Below, in pieces: positions 20,706 through 32,137 of a stretch of DNA of 64,000 nucleotides. The notes beneath the pieces were generated by a model. The model searched no databases. It saw only the letters and a program-made list of their open reading frames with translations, and had not been told where the DNA came from. Both the position numbers and the translations under genes were made by a program. Source of the DNA: Alphaproteobacteria bacterium (lineage in GTDB: Bacteria; Pseudomonadota; Alphaproteobacteria; UBA828); NCBI GenBank assembly GCA_965237415.1, contig CBDEFM010000002.1, forward strand, positions 3,328,001-3,392,000, given 5' to 3'. Each line of letters opens with the position of its first letter. Within the stretch, counting starts at the first letter, position 1.

Positions 20706-21676
20706 GCCCGCCCGCTCCCGCCCCCGTGATGCGTATGGCGCACGGGCCACCGCGTCCGCGCCCAGCCCAGGATCCCTTGCGGGAAGAAGACCACGATGCC
20801 GACGATGATGACGCCGAGCGCCACGCGCTGCCAACCGAGCAGGTGGGTCCAGAGCAGCTCCTGCGTGATGTGGAAGATGGCGGCGCCGAGCACCGGGCCC
20901 CAGAGCGTTCCCTTGCCGCCCAGGATCGCCATCAGCACCATCCAGACGCCGAAGGTGGCGCCGGCGAAGGCGGTATCCCGCGGGTCGACGAAGCCCAGCA
21001 TGTTGCCCATGGCACCGCCGACGAGACCCAGCACGAAGGCCGCCATGGTCCAGGCCGTGATCTTGTAGAGCCCGGTGTGGAGCCCCATCGCCTCGGCCTT
21101 GTCTTCGTTGTCGCGAATGGCGTTGAGGGCAAGGCCGAAGCGGGTCCGGTAGAGGGCGGCGAGCGCCGCGAAGACGAGCGCAGCCACGCCGAAGAAGAGA
21201 TAGGCGAAGAAGAGGTTCGCGGTCGCCGGCGCCGCCGGGAACAAGGGCGGCGACAAGCCGGAGCCTGCGCCCAGATAGTCCCACCCGCCGGCAATCTCGC
21301 CGGCGGCGATGCCGAGCCCGAGCGTGGCGATGGCGAAGTAGTGGCCCCGCATGCGCAGGATCATCGAGCCCAGCAACACGGCGAGCGTCGCGGCGATAGC
21401 AGCGCCCGTGACCATGCCGAGGACGAGGCCGGGGAAATAGTCGAGGCCCACGTCCCGTTGCACGACCACCGAGGCGTACATGCCGACGCCGAAGAACAGG
21501 ATGTTGCCGAAACTGTTGTAGCCGGTCTGCCCACCGGTGATGTCCCAGGTCTGGGCCATGATGATCAGGGCCCAGAGCATCGCGATCTGCGCCCGGTAGT
21601 CGGGTATCACGAAGGGGAGCGCGACGCCTGCAGCGGCGACGCCCAGCATGAGCAGGGACTGGCGGCGCCCGCTCAC
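20702..21676 (-). CDS. Branched-chain amino acid ABC permease (LivM-like)
   Basis: GQTGYNSFG, RGHYFAIATL and ILGGKGTLWGP; hydrophobic. Confidence 0.9.
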   Translation of the reverse strand: MSGRRQSLLMLGVAAAGVALPFVIPDYRAQIAMLWALIIMAQTWDITGGQTGYNSFGNILFFGVGMYASVVVQRDVGLDYFPGLVLGMVTGAAIAATLAVLLGSMILRMRGHYFAIATLGLGIAAGEIAGGWDYLGAGSGLSPPLFPAAPATANLFFAYLFFGVAALVFAALAALYRTRFGLALNAIRDNEDKAEAMGLHTGLYKITAWTMAAFVLGLVGGAMGNMLGFVDPRDTAFAGATFGVWMVLMAILGGKGTLWGPVLGAAIFHITQELLWTHLLGWQRVALGVIIVGIVVFFPQGILGWARTRWPVRHTHHGGGSGRA

Positions 21677-22575
21677 TTGAGGAACTGCCTGCGCCGCTGC
21701 AGCAGGGTGCTGCGGATGACGAGGATCACCACCAGGAGGCAGAAGACGAAGGCGACCTGGTACTGCACGCCCAGGATGAAGCCGGCGAAGTTCTCCGCAG
21801 CGCCCAAGCCCAGGCCCGCCACGATCACGCCCGGCAGGTTGCCGAGGCCCGCCACGATCACGATCATGAAAGAGCGCACGGTGTAGGGCAGCCCGATATA
21901 GGGGTGCACCGAATAGGCCATCACCACCAGCGCGCCGGCGGCCCCGCAGAGCGCGCCGTTGATGCCGTAGGTAACGGCGAAGACGCGGTTCGTGTCGATG
22001 CCCAGAAGGCGCGCGGCCCGCGGGTTCTGCGCGGTCGCGCGGATCGCCTGGCCGATCCTGCTCCTCTTGAGGAAGAGGATCAGCACGCCGCCGATCGCAA
22101 TCGCGCCGCCGCAGGCCGCGACCTTCATCTGCGAGACGGTCACCGTGTAGTCGAGTAGGAACCAGGTGCCGAGCCCCGACTGGGCCGTCTTCACATCGCC
22201 GCCCCAGATCTGGTTCATCAGTTGCTGCAGCAGGATGGAAAGCCCGAACGTGGCCAGCAGCGATATGAACATGTCGCGATCCGCCACCCGCCGGATCACG
22301 ACGTGATGCAGGGCGGCGCCGATGAAATAGAGGACGATCGCCGCCACCGGCACACCCCAGAGCGGGCTCACGCCCCAGAGGGTGAGCTGGTACGTAATGA
22401 AGCCGCCCAACATGACGAGCTCGCCCTGGACGACGTTGATGACGTTCATCACGCCCCAGACCAGCGCCATGCCATAGGCCGCGACGGCGAAGATCGCGCC
22501 GACCATCAGCCCGTCCAGTAACAGCTGGAGGATGAGGAACGGCGCGTCCCCTAAGAGCGCGACGTTAGCCCGCAT
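21673..22575 (-). CDS. Branched-chain amino acid ABC permease (LivH-like); current ATG lies inside a MITE terminal repeat
   Basis: GMALVWGVMNVIN, GQAIRATAQN and IVAGLGN motifs; ancestral start reconstructed at 22842. Confidence 0.88.
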   Translation of the reverse strand: MRANVALLGDAPFLILQLLLDGLMVGAIFAVAAYGMALVWGVMNVINVVQGELVMLGGFITYQLTLWGVSPLWGVPVAAIVLYFIGAALHHVVIRRVADRDMFISLLATFGLSILLQQLMNQIWGGDVKTAQSGLGTWFLLDYTVTVSQMKVAACGGAIAIGGVLILFLKRSRIGQAIRATAQNPRAARLLGIDTNRVFAVTYGINGALCGAAGALVVMAYSVHPYIGLPYTVRSFMIVIVAGLGNLPGVIVAGLGLGAAENFAGFILGVQYQVAFVFCLLVVILVIRSTLLQRRRQFLK

Positions 22576-22832
22576 TTCTCGCCACGGTCATGACCTGCGC
22601 GGCGCTTTCCGGCCGCCAGGGCAGGAGAGGCGCGCAGCGCGATGTGGGGCATCGGGCAAGCGCCTCGACGTACCCTGTCGGCCGGAAAGCGCCGCCCTTC
22701 GGGTCGCGTCCAGGCGTCCGCCCGCGGCGTCGTGGGCCTCAACCGTATTCCCCGATACGCTTTTCGGCCCGCTCCTGGCGGCTCGAACGCCTGGACGCGA
22801 CGCAGGCCGTGACCCTGGCGAGAAATGCGGGC
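22568..22832. mobile_element. 265-bp MITE with 23-bp terminal inverted repeats and TA target duplication
   Basis: TIRs GCCCGCATTTCTCGCCACGGTCA (22568-22590) and TGACCCTGGCGAGAAATGCGGGC (22810-22832), one mismatch; TA at 22566-67 and 22833-34; two internal inverted-repeat pairs. Confidence 0.88.
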
Positions 22833-22925
22833 TAACTGCCATGTCGATCCGGCCGGGGTGAGTCTCGCGGCCGTTAGCGCGAGCCGGTCAGGTCTCCGCG
22901 CGCGAGCGGTGCGCGCGGGCCACGC

Positions 22926-24164
22926 TCACCGCTCGGACCACGGCGGGGTCGGATGGCGAACCTCGGAGGCGGCCCAATTGGTCGGCGCGACCACCACGTA
23001 GGCGCCGTCCTGGATTTGGTAGAGCACCATCGGCTTTGCGATGTTCTTGCCGGTCTCGTCGAACTTGATGTTGCCGTAGAAGGTCTGCGTCTCCGTGGCC
23101 GCGAGCGCATCGCGCACCGCGTCCTTGTCGAAGTCGCCGGCGCGCTCGAAAGCGTCGGCGAAGACCAGCACCGCGGCAGCGGATTCGGCTGCCTGATAGG
23201 GCGGCGCGTAGCCGTACTCCGCTTCAAACGTCGCGGCGAAATCGGCCGCGGAGCCGAAGGTGTCGTCGCCATAGGAGAGAGTCGGCGCCCACTGACTCGC
23301 GCAGAGCGTGTACTCCGACGCGGCACCGAACTTGCCGATCACGTCGGCGCTGTCGCAATGCGTGATCGCCAGCATCGGCACATCGACCCGCATCTCCTCG
23401 ACCTGACGGATGGCGAGCGCCGCACCCTTGGAGTGGCCGGAGACGACGAGGATGTCGGGCTTCAGCGCCTTCGTCTTGGCCAGCGTCGCCGCCATGTCGT
23501 TGAGCTCGGGCGGCAGCTGGTCGTCGATCACGACCTGGATGCCGAAACTCGCGGCATCGGCGAGGACGCCGGCGCGAATGTCCTGGCTGAAGGGATCGTT
23601 CTCGAAAACCGCGGCGAGCTTCAACGTCGCCGGGTCGCGCCCCTCGCGCTCGGCAAGCTCGGCCGCAAGCGCGACCGCGCTCGCGAGATACTGCTCGGTG
23701 GTCGACAGCACCGCGAAGAGATAACGGTACCCCTTGTTGAAGAGCTGGAGCGATGCCCCGTTCGCCTCCACCATGGGCACGCCGTACTGCTCGGTGACCG
23801 GCGCGATCGCCTTCGTGAGCCCCGAGCTGTACGGGCCCAGCATGAACTCGACGCCGTCCTGATTGATCAGCCGCTCGGCGAGCTGCGCGCCCCTCGCAGG
23901 CGTCGATTCATCGTCGTAGTAGATGATTTCGAGACGATATGTCTTGCCGCTGACCGAAATCCCGCCGGCGTCATTGATCGTCTTGACGGCCAAGTCGTAG
24001 CCGCGCCGGGTGTGCTCGCCGGCGGTGGTGTACTTCCCCGTCAACGACACCGCGGCGCCGAGATAGACGGTATCGCCCTCCACCTTCGCCTGTGCCTCGC
24101 CTGCGGCGAGAATGCTCAGGCCCAGAGCTGCGATGGCGACGGTACTGGCCCATTCTTTCCACAT
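22926..24164 (-). CDS. Branched-chain amino acid ABC substrate-binding protein
   Basis: Signal peptide ending AQA; SLTG, YDDES and LGPYSS motifs; GGAGG RBS. Confidence 0.9.
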   Translation of the reverse strand: MWKEWASTVAIAALGLSILAAGEAQAKVEGDTVYLGAAVSLTGKYTTAGEHTRRGYDLAVKTINDAGGISVSGKTYRLEIIYYDDESTPARGAQLAERLINQDGVEFMLGPYSSGLTKAIAPVTEQYGVPMVEANGASLQLFNKGYRYLFAVLSTTEQYLASAVALAAELAEREGRDPATLKLAAVFENDPFSQDIRAGVLADAASFGIQVVIDDQLPPELNDMAATLAKTKALKPDILVVSGHSKGAALAIRQVEEMRVDVPMLAITHCDSADVIGKFGAASEYTLCASQWAPTLSYGDDTFGSAADFAATFEAEYGYAPPYQAAESAAAVLVFADAFERAGDFDKDAVRDALAATETQTFYGNIKFDETGKNIAKPMVLYQIQDGAYVVVAPTNWAASEVRHPTPPWSER

Positions 24165-24275
24165 GACGACCCTCCGATGGCGGCTGGTTGGCGCGTTCCT
24201 CAATGGTGGCGAAGGCCGGCGGCACTGTCCACCGCCTTCCCCACCGCTATGCCGGAGCGGAATACGGTTTCCCAC

Positions 24276-25421
24276 CTACCACTGCGAGCGCGCGTCGATC
24301 GGCCAGATGTCCACCAGCGTGTCGCCCCGCACGCAGTGATAGACGTCGTAGTGCGTGAGCGTCTGGTAGCAGTGCGGCGTGATGCATTCCAGCGCGTCCC
24401 CGACCTGCGGCAGGCGAGCGCCTTCCGGCACGGTGACGCGGCCCATGTCGTCGCCGACCAGCTCGTAGAGCGAGTCCGGGTGCGCGCCCGCGGCGACGCG
24501 GGGCGGGAACTCCTCGCGCGCGAGTTCCTTGATTCCGGCGTCGGTGATCGCGAATTCGTCCCGCACGCTGATCACCGTGGTGCGCACGAAGAGCGACGTT
24601 TCGAAGGGATGCGGGTTGTCAGGCTCGAAGGGCGTATCCGCGTAGTTCACGTCCATGAAGATGTAGCTGCCGGCCTGGCATTCGGTGAAGAAGCCGGCGG
24701 CCGCGTCGATCGCATAGGTACCGGTGCCGCCGCCGGAGACGATCTCCGGCGCGAGGTCTGCCGCGGCGAGACGCTCGCACAGCGTCACGAGTGGGGCGGT
24801 GCAGCGCTCCTGCTCCGCACGGCGGGCGGCGAAATCATGCTCGCGCTGGAAGGAGCCGTTGTAGCCCTGGATGCCGGCATAGACCGCGCCCTCGGTCTCG
24901 GCGATGTGGCGTGCGAGCGCCACCGCATCCTCCACCGAGACGAGGCCGGTGCGCCGGCCGCCGACCTCAAAATCCACCAGCATGCGGAGCGGCTTTCCGG
25001 CCGCCTGCGCGGCCGCGGCGAGGCGGTCCACCACGGCCGCGTCGTCGACGGCGACGAGCAGTCCGTCGGCGCGTGCGTTGAGCTGGGCGAGGCGGTCAAT
25101 CTTGGGCTCGGTCACGACCTGGGAGAAGAGCAGCACCCCCGGGATGCCGGCATCGGCCATGATCTCGGCCTCGGCCAGCGTCGCGCAGCATTGGCCGAGC
25201 GCGCCCGCCTCGATCTGGCGCTTCGCGACCTCCACCGACTTATGGATCTTGGCGACCGGCCGGACTCCGTGGCCCGCCTTGCCGAGATAGTCGGCGAGAT
25301 AGGCGATGTTGCGCTCCAGCCGGTCGAGGTCGAGCACCAGCGCCGGGGTTGAGAGCGCCGTGCGCGATCCCTGCTGGCCGATCAGCGATTCGTTGGGGCC
25401 GAGCCTTCCGATAGCGCCCAT
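24276..25421 (-). CDS. DSD1 / D-threonine aldolase family PLP enzyme (alanine racemase fold)
   Basis: TPALVLD, RPVAKIHKS, SGGGTGT, QAGSYIFMD and PHC motifs. Confidence 0.85.
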   Translation of the reverse strand: MGAIGRLGPNESLIGQQGSRTALSTPALVLDLDRLERNIAYLADYLGKAGHGVRPVAKIHKSVEVAKRQIEAGALGQCCATLAEAEIMADAGIPGVLLFSQVVTEPKIDRLAQLNARADGLLVAVDDAAVVDRLAAAAQAAGKPLRMLVDFEVGGRRTGLVSVEDAVALARHIAETEGAVYAGIQGYNGSFQREHDFAARRAEQERCTAPLVTLCERLAAADLAPEIVSGGGTGTYAIDAAAGFFTECQAGSYIFMDVNYADTPFEPDNPHPFETSLFVRTTVISVRDEFAITDAGIKELAREEFPPRVAAGAHPDSLYELVGDDMGRVTVPEGARLPQVGDALECITPHCYQTLTHYDVYHCVRGDTLVDIWPIDARSQW

Positions 25422-25577
25422 GACACTGTCCCATCTGTTGTTGACCGCGCGTGCCCATCGAATATCAGGCTGCGCGTACGGTCAAATCGCGGCCGGCGCC
25501 CCGCCCGCAGCGCCTTGCCGCCGCGCAGACATGACCCCGGTGGGAATTCCGGGTATAGGGTCCGGCAGCGGAGGAGG

Positions 25578-26138
25578 ATGGATATGGCAGACGACAAGAA
25601 CGCGGCCGAAGGGCAACGCGGCCCGACGGCTCCCGCGGCGGGGCCGGTGCGGGCGCTCGATCATGTCGGCATCTCGGTGCCCGACATCGACGCCGCCGTC
25701 GCCTGGTATCGCGATATCCTCGGCTGCTACGTGCTGATGGAGCCGATCGAGGGTTACGCCGACGACAGCTATTTCGGCCAGATCGTCGCCGACATCTTCG
25801 GCGCCGACTTCAAGGGCATGAAGATCGCCCATCTGGCGACGGCCGACGGAGTCGGCATCGAGCTCTTCCAGTTCGTCGCCAACGCCCCGCAGGAGGAGCA
25901 TTTCGCCTACTGGAAGACCGGCATCTATCACATCTGCATCCTGGAGCCCGACATCGAGGGCCTGGCGAAGCGGATCGACGAGAGCGGCGGGCGGCAGCGC
26001 AGCAAGGTGTGGAAGCTCTGGCCCGACAAGCCCTACAAGGTCTGCTATTGCGAAGACCCCTGGGGCACCATCATCGAGGTCAGCTCCCACCCCTACATCA
26101 TGGCCTGGTCAAACTTCATCCCGTCGCATGGGGAGTGA
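25578..26138 (+). CDS. VOC / glyoxalase family protein
   Basis: DHVGISVPD, GIELFQF, YHIC and EDPWGTIIE metal ligands; GGAGGAGG RBS. Confidence 0.85.
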   Translation: MDMADDKNAAEGQRGPTAPAAGPVRALDHVGISVPDIDAAVAWYRDILGCYVLMEPIEGYADDSYFGQIVADIFGADFKGMKIAHLATADGVGIELFQFVANAPQEEHFAYWKTGIYHICILEPDIEGLAKRIDESGGRQRSKVWKLWPDKPYKVCYCEDPWGTIIEVSSHPYIMAWSNFIPSHGE

Positions 26139-26246
26139 GGGACGGCGCCGCGCGGACATAACGGACTCGCGCCTCCCGGCCCCTGCGATATACTCCGCAA
26201 CCGGAATTTCGCCTCCCGCCCCGCAATCACCGAGACGCGCCCGGCG

Positions 26247-26528
26247 ATGAACGCGTTGGCCGACCTTATCCACGCCGTCTTCTCGATCTACATTTACGTG
26301 CTGATCGCGTCGGCGCTGTTCAGTTGGCTGGTGGCATTCAACGTGGTCAACACGAGCAACCGCTTCGTGTTCACGCTGCTGAGGTTCCTTCACCGGATCA
26401 CCGAGCCTGCGCTTCGGCCGATCCGGCGCATCATCCCCAACCTCGGCGGCATCGACATTTCGCCGATCATCCTGATTCTGATTCTCTACTTCGCCCGCGA
26501 CCTCATCGTGGACAACATCGTCCAGTGA
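26247..26528 (+). CDS. yggT: YggT family membrane protein
   Basis: [10 protein letters not shown]...[23 protein letters not shown]. Confidence 0.92.
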   Translation: MNALADLIHAVFSIYIYVLIASALFSWLVAFNVVNTSNRFVFTLLRFLHRITEPALRPIRRIIPNLGGIDISPIILILILYFARDLIVDNIVQ

Positions 26529-26598
26529 GTCGTCCGCGAGCGGCTCGTCCGTGCGCCCGCCGGTTCGTCCTACGCACATGCCTTTGTGAGGCATACCC

Positions 26599-27480
26599 AT
26601 GAGCGACGCGGTCATCATCGACGGCAAGGCATTCGCGGCCGATCTCAGGGCTGAGGTCGGGCGCAGGGCGGCGCTCGTGAAGGAGCAGCACGGCTTGGTG
26701 CCGGGCCTTTCGGTCGTGCTCGTGGGCGACGACCCTGCGAGCCACGTCTACGTCCGCAACAAGGGCAAGGCGACCGCCGCCGCCGGCATGGATTCGCAGG
26801 AGTACCGGCTGCCCGATAGCGCGACCCACGAGGAAGTGTTGGAGACTGTCGAGAGGTTGAACGCCGACGACTCCGTGCACGGGATCCTGGTGCAGCTTCC
26901 CTTGCCCGCTCAGGTGGACTCCAACGCGATCATCAATTCCATCGACCCGGACAAGGACGTGGACGGCTTCCACACCACCAATGTGGGCCGGCTGACCACC
27001 GGGCAGGAGAGCCTGGTGCCGTGCACGCCGCTCGGTTGCATGCTCATGCTGCGCCACTTCGTGGGCGAGCTGAAAGGCAAGCGGGCGATGATCGTCGGCC
27101 GCTCCAACATCGTCGGCAAGCCCATGGCGTCGCTCTTGCTTCGCGAGCATTGCACCGTGACCGTCGGCCACTCGCGCACCCAGGACCTCCCCGGCGAGTG
27201 CCGGCGCGCGGATGTCCTCATCGCGGCCGTCGGGCGGGCCGAGATGATCCGGGGCGATTGGGTCAAGCCGGGTGCTGCGGTCATCGATGTCGGAATCAAC
27301 CGAGTGCCGGCGGGCGAGAAGACCAGGCTGGTGGGCGACGTCTGCTTCGAGGAGGCGGTGGAGAACGCCGGCTGGATCACGCCTGTGCCCGGCGGCGTCG
27401 GGCCGATGACGATCGCGTGCCTGCTCAAGAACACGCTGACCGCCGCCTGCCGCCGGCACGGGATCGACGAGCCGGAGTGA
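26599..27480 (+). CDS. folD: Bifunctional methylenetetrahydrofolate dehydrogenase/cyclohydrolase
   Basis: [34 protein letters not shown] and [11 protein letters not shown] motifs. Confidence 0.98.
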   Translation: MSDAVIIDGKAFAADLRAEVGRRAALVKEQHGLVPGLSVVLVGDDPASHVYVRNKGKATAAAGMDSQEYRLPDSATHEEVLETVERLNADDSVHGILVQLPLPAQVDSNAIINSIDPDKDVDGFHTTNVGRLTTGQESLVPCTPLGCMLMLRHFVGELKGKRAMIVGRSNIVGKPMASLLLREHCTVTVGHSRTQDLPGECRRADVLIAAVGRAEMIRGDWVKPGAAVIDVGINRVPAGEKTRLVGDVCFEEAVENAGWITPVPGGVGPMTIACLLKNTLTAACRRHGIDEPE

Positions 27481-27513
27481 GGCGTCCGGCGGCGACCTCA
27501 GGCAGCGCTATCG

Positions 27514-28284
27514 ATGACCGGCAGGTTCCTGCCCGGCGTTCCGGGGCCGGCAATCGAAGCGATATTCAACGCGGCCCCGGGCAACGAAATCGCGACCGGG
27601 AAATTCGACAGCCCGGAGTCGTCCGCTGCCCTCGCCGCCAATGCTTTCGGATTCTTTCTCAAGAAGCCATCGAACTTGCCGGCTCTGCCGGGCTGTCACG
27701 GCGAGACCTGGCCGGCCCGTTCGCTTGCGCTCGAAGCCGAGGTTCGCTTCCCGTGGAGCGGTGGGCGGCATCCCGTTTTCGATTGTCTCGTGACGACGCC
27801 ATCCGCATTCATCGGCATCGAATCAAAACGATTCGAGCCGTTCAGAAGCAAGAAAGAGTCGGCGTTGAGCGACGCATATTGGCGTCCGGTCTGGGGCGAA
27901 CGCATGAAGGGATACGAACGCATTCGCGACGGATTGCGCAGCGAACCGCGCCGCTACGAGCAACTGGATTCGGCTCAACTGTTCAAGCATGCCTTTGCGC
28001 TCCGAACCGCGGTCCACAAGAAGCTCGAGTTGCGCGGCCTCGCGCCCATACTCTTCTATGTCTATGCGGAGCCGGAAATCTGGCCGGCAAGCGGAAAAGC
28101 GGTGGATGACGGAGCAAGGGCCCGGCACTGGGAAGAGATCGAATGTTTCGCGGCAGCGGTGGCCGGTGACGGAGTAATCTTCGCGGCCTGTTCATGGCGG
28201 ATGCTCCTGGAGTCATGGGCGCGACATGAGGGTGGTGGCATTCGCGCCCACGCGGATGCCGTGGTCGAGCGCTACTCGCCCTGA
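27514..28284 (+). CDS. Putative PD-(D/E)xK nuclease (PGN_0703-like family)
   Basis: SSAALAANAF...EAEVRF...HPVFD...GIESKRFEPF...QLFKH. Confidence 0.55.
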   Translation: MTGRFLPGVPGPAIEAIFNAAPGNEIATGKFDSPESSAALAANAFGFFLKKPSNLPALPGCHGETWPARSLALEAEVRFPWSGGRHPVFDCLVTTPSAFIGIESKRFEPFRSKKESALSDAYWRPVWGERMKGYERIRDGLRSEPRRYEQLDSAQLFKHAFALRTAVHKKLELRGLAPILFYVYAEPEIWPASGKAVDDGARARHWEEIECFAAAVAGDGVIFAACSWRMLLESWARHEGGGIRAHADAVVERYSP

Positions 28285-28332
28285 AAGACCAACCAGTAGC
28301 GCTCGCCGCTTGAGTGGCGGCAGGTGTGCGGG

Positions 28333-29533
<1,201 letters not shown>

Positions 29534-29541
<8 letters not shown>

Positions 29542-29908
29542 CGTCGCGTCTCCTCTTCGGCCTGCGGGTGATGCCGCGGCCCCTGCGGGCCGGCTGCTCG
29601 CTCGGCCGCGTGCTTCGCCTGAACCGGCCCCTGAATTTCTCGGGCGTGGGCGGATCGTAGCCCGGCCCGTCCGCAAGCTCGTGGGGCGTGTCGATTGCGG
29701 GCCAGCGCACGAACGCGAAGACCCAGATCATGATCACCGGCACGCCGATCAGGAGGCCCATGCCGATGTGGATCGGCGTGAAGAGGCCGATGAAGGGAAT
29801 CGTCATGAGGTGGGACCACCAGGGCGAATGCCCGGCCTTGCCGAAGATGCGCCAGAACATCCAGAGCATGATGACCACGACCGCGAGGTACTGAAGGACG
29901 CCGATCAT
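29534..29908 (-). CDS. Small membrane protein (WRIFxKAG...FAFxRWP type)
   Basis: Hydrophobic helices; stop overlaps argG start. Confidence 0.65.
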
Positions 29909-29911
29909 GGT

Positions 29912-30103
29912 TCAACGCCGCCGCGTCGGGTCGTTGGGCCAGATCATGAAGGCGAGCAGCGCCAGCAGGAGCAGCGGCCCGGCGAGAGGAACGAACACCG
30001 CCAGCGCGATCGGCCAGCGCAAGCCGGCGCGCTGGCAGATGCGCAAGGCGGGATAGAAGAGCAGCGCCCCGAGCGCGAGGCCGACGACGATCTGGATCGG
30101 CAC
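29912..30103 (-). CDS. Small membrane protein, apparent paralog of the adjacent gene
   Basis: LRICQRAG...LAFMIWP pattern. Confidence 0.55.
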   Translation of the reverse strand: MPIQIVVGLALGALLFYPALRICQRAGLRWPIALAVFVPLAGPLLLLALLAFMIWPNDPTRRR

Positions 30104-30175
30104 GGCCGCCGCGCAGTCTCGATCGTTCAGGAGGGCGCGCCGCGTCCCGCGCCTGAAATCCTGCGGGTTACCCGG

Positions 30176-31588
30176 TCAGACCGAATAGTACATCTCGAAT
30201 TCGATGGGGTGCGGGGCCATGAGGAAGGTCGTCTGTTCCTCCTGCTTGAGTTCGAGATAGCCGTCGATCAGGTCGTCCGTGAACACGTCTCCCTTCTTCA
30301 GGAAGTCGCGGTCGGCGTCGAGCGAGTCCAGAGCCTGGCCCAGGTTGCCGCATACCGTCGGCACGTCCTTGAGCTCCTCCGGCGGCAGGTCGTAGAGGTT
30401 CTTGTCCATCGCGTCGCCCGGGTGGATCTTGTTCTCGATCCCGTCGATCCCCGCCATGAGCATCGCTGCGAACGCCAGATAGGGGTTCGCCGAGGGATCG
30501 GGGAAGCGCACCTCCACCCGCTTGCCCTTGGGGCTCGCCGAATAGGGGATGCGGCAGGACGCGGACCGGTTGCGTGCCGAATAGGCGAGCAGCACCGGCG
30601 CCTCGTAACCCGGCACGAGCCGCTTGTAGCTGTTCGTCGTCGGGTTGGTGAAGGCGTTGATAGCCCGCGCGTGACGGATCACCCCGCCGATATAATAGAG
30701 CGCCATGTCCGACAGGTCGGCGTAGCCGGAGCCTGCGAACAGCGGCCTCTCGTCCTTCCAGATCGACTGGTGCACGTGCATGCCGGAGCCGTTGTCGCCG
30801 AAGATGGGCTTCGGCATGAAGGTCGCGCTCTTGCCGTAGCTGTGGGCGGTCATCTGGACCACGTACTTCTGGATCTGGAGCTGGTCGGCCGCCTGCAGCA
30901 GGGTGCCGAATTCGACCCCGAGCTCGTTCTGGCTGGGCGCAACCTCGTGGTGGTGCTTCTCGACCTTGACGCCCATGCCGGCCAGGTGCGTGACCATCTC
31001 GGCCCGCATGTCGTTCATCGAATCGACAGGCGGCACCGGCACGTAGCCGCCCTTCGTCGGCGGGCGGTGCCCCATGTTGCCCTCTTCGTAGGCACGGCCG
31101 GTGTTGTAGGGCCCCTCCTCCTGGTCGAGCATGTAGTAGGTCTCGTTCATCGAGACCTTGAAGCGCACGTCGTCGAACACGAAGAACTCGGCCTCAGGCC
31201 CGAAGTAGGCGGTGTCCCCGAGCCCGGAATAGGCCAGATAGATTTCCGCCTTCTTGGCCACGCTGCGGGGGCAGCGTTCATAGGCCTGCCCGGTGGAGGG
31301 TTCGATCACGTCGCAGGTCAGGATCAGCTGCGGCAGCGCCGAGAACGGGTCCATCACCGCGCTTGCCGGGTCCGGCATGAGGACCATGTCCGACTGGTGA
31401 ATCTCCTTCCAGCCCACGATCGAGGAGCCGTCGAACATAATTCCGTCGGTCAGCACGTCCTCGTCGACCGTGCGGACCGCCTGGGTCATGTGTTGCCACT
31501 TGCCGCGAGGGTCGGTGAACCGGAAGTCCACGAACTGGACTTCGTTCTTCTCGATCATCTCCAAGACGCTGTCCGCATCGCTCATCAC
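30176..31588 (-). CDS. glnA: Glutamine synthetase type I
   Basis: [38 protein letters not shown] and adenylylation site NLYDLP. Confidence 0.98.
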   Translation of the reverse strand: MMSDADSVLEMIEKNEVQFVDFRFTDPRGKWQHMTQAVRTVDEDVLTDGIMFDGSSIVGWKEIHQSDMVLMPDPASAVMDPFSALPQLILTCDVIEPSTGQAYERCPRSVAKKAEIYLAYSGLGDTAYFGPEAEFFVFDDVRFKVSMNETYYMLDQEEGPYNTGRAYEEGNMGHRPPTKGGYVPVPPVDSMNDMRAEMVTHLAGMGVKVEKHHHEVAPSQNELGVEFGTLLQAADQLQIQKYVVQMTAHSYGKSATFMPKPIFGDNGSGMHVHQSIWKDERPLFAGSGYADLSDMALYYIGGVIRHARAINAFTNPTTNSYKRLVPGYEAPVLLAYSARNRSASCRIPYSASPKGKRVEVRFPDPSANPYLAFAAMLMAGIDGIENKIHPGDAMDKNLYDLPPEELKDVPTVCGNLGQALDSLDADRDFLKKGDVFTDDLIDGYLELKQEEQTTFLMAPHPIEFEMYYSV

Positions 31589-31658
31589 ACCGCTCCGTCG
31601 CCCGCTCGGTCTGTCCTCTGCGCGTCCGCCCTTTCAGGGCCGCGGTGCGCTGGCGCGC

Positions 31659-32006
<348 letters not shown>

Positions 32007-32137
32007 CTACGCGTGCCAGGCCGGCACGGCCCTCCCGCCCCGCCGGCGCCGCATGATAGCGCACGTCCGGTTCCGCGGTGCCAGCTTTGGTGGCATCATG
32101 CGCGGCCTTGAGTTTCGAGTGGGATAGGGAGGCGCAC

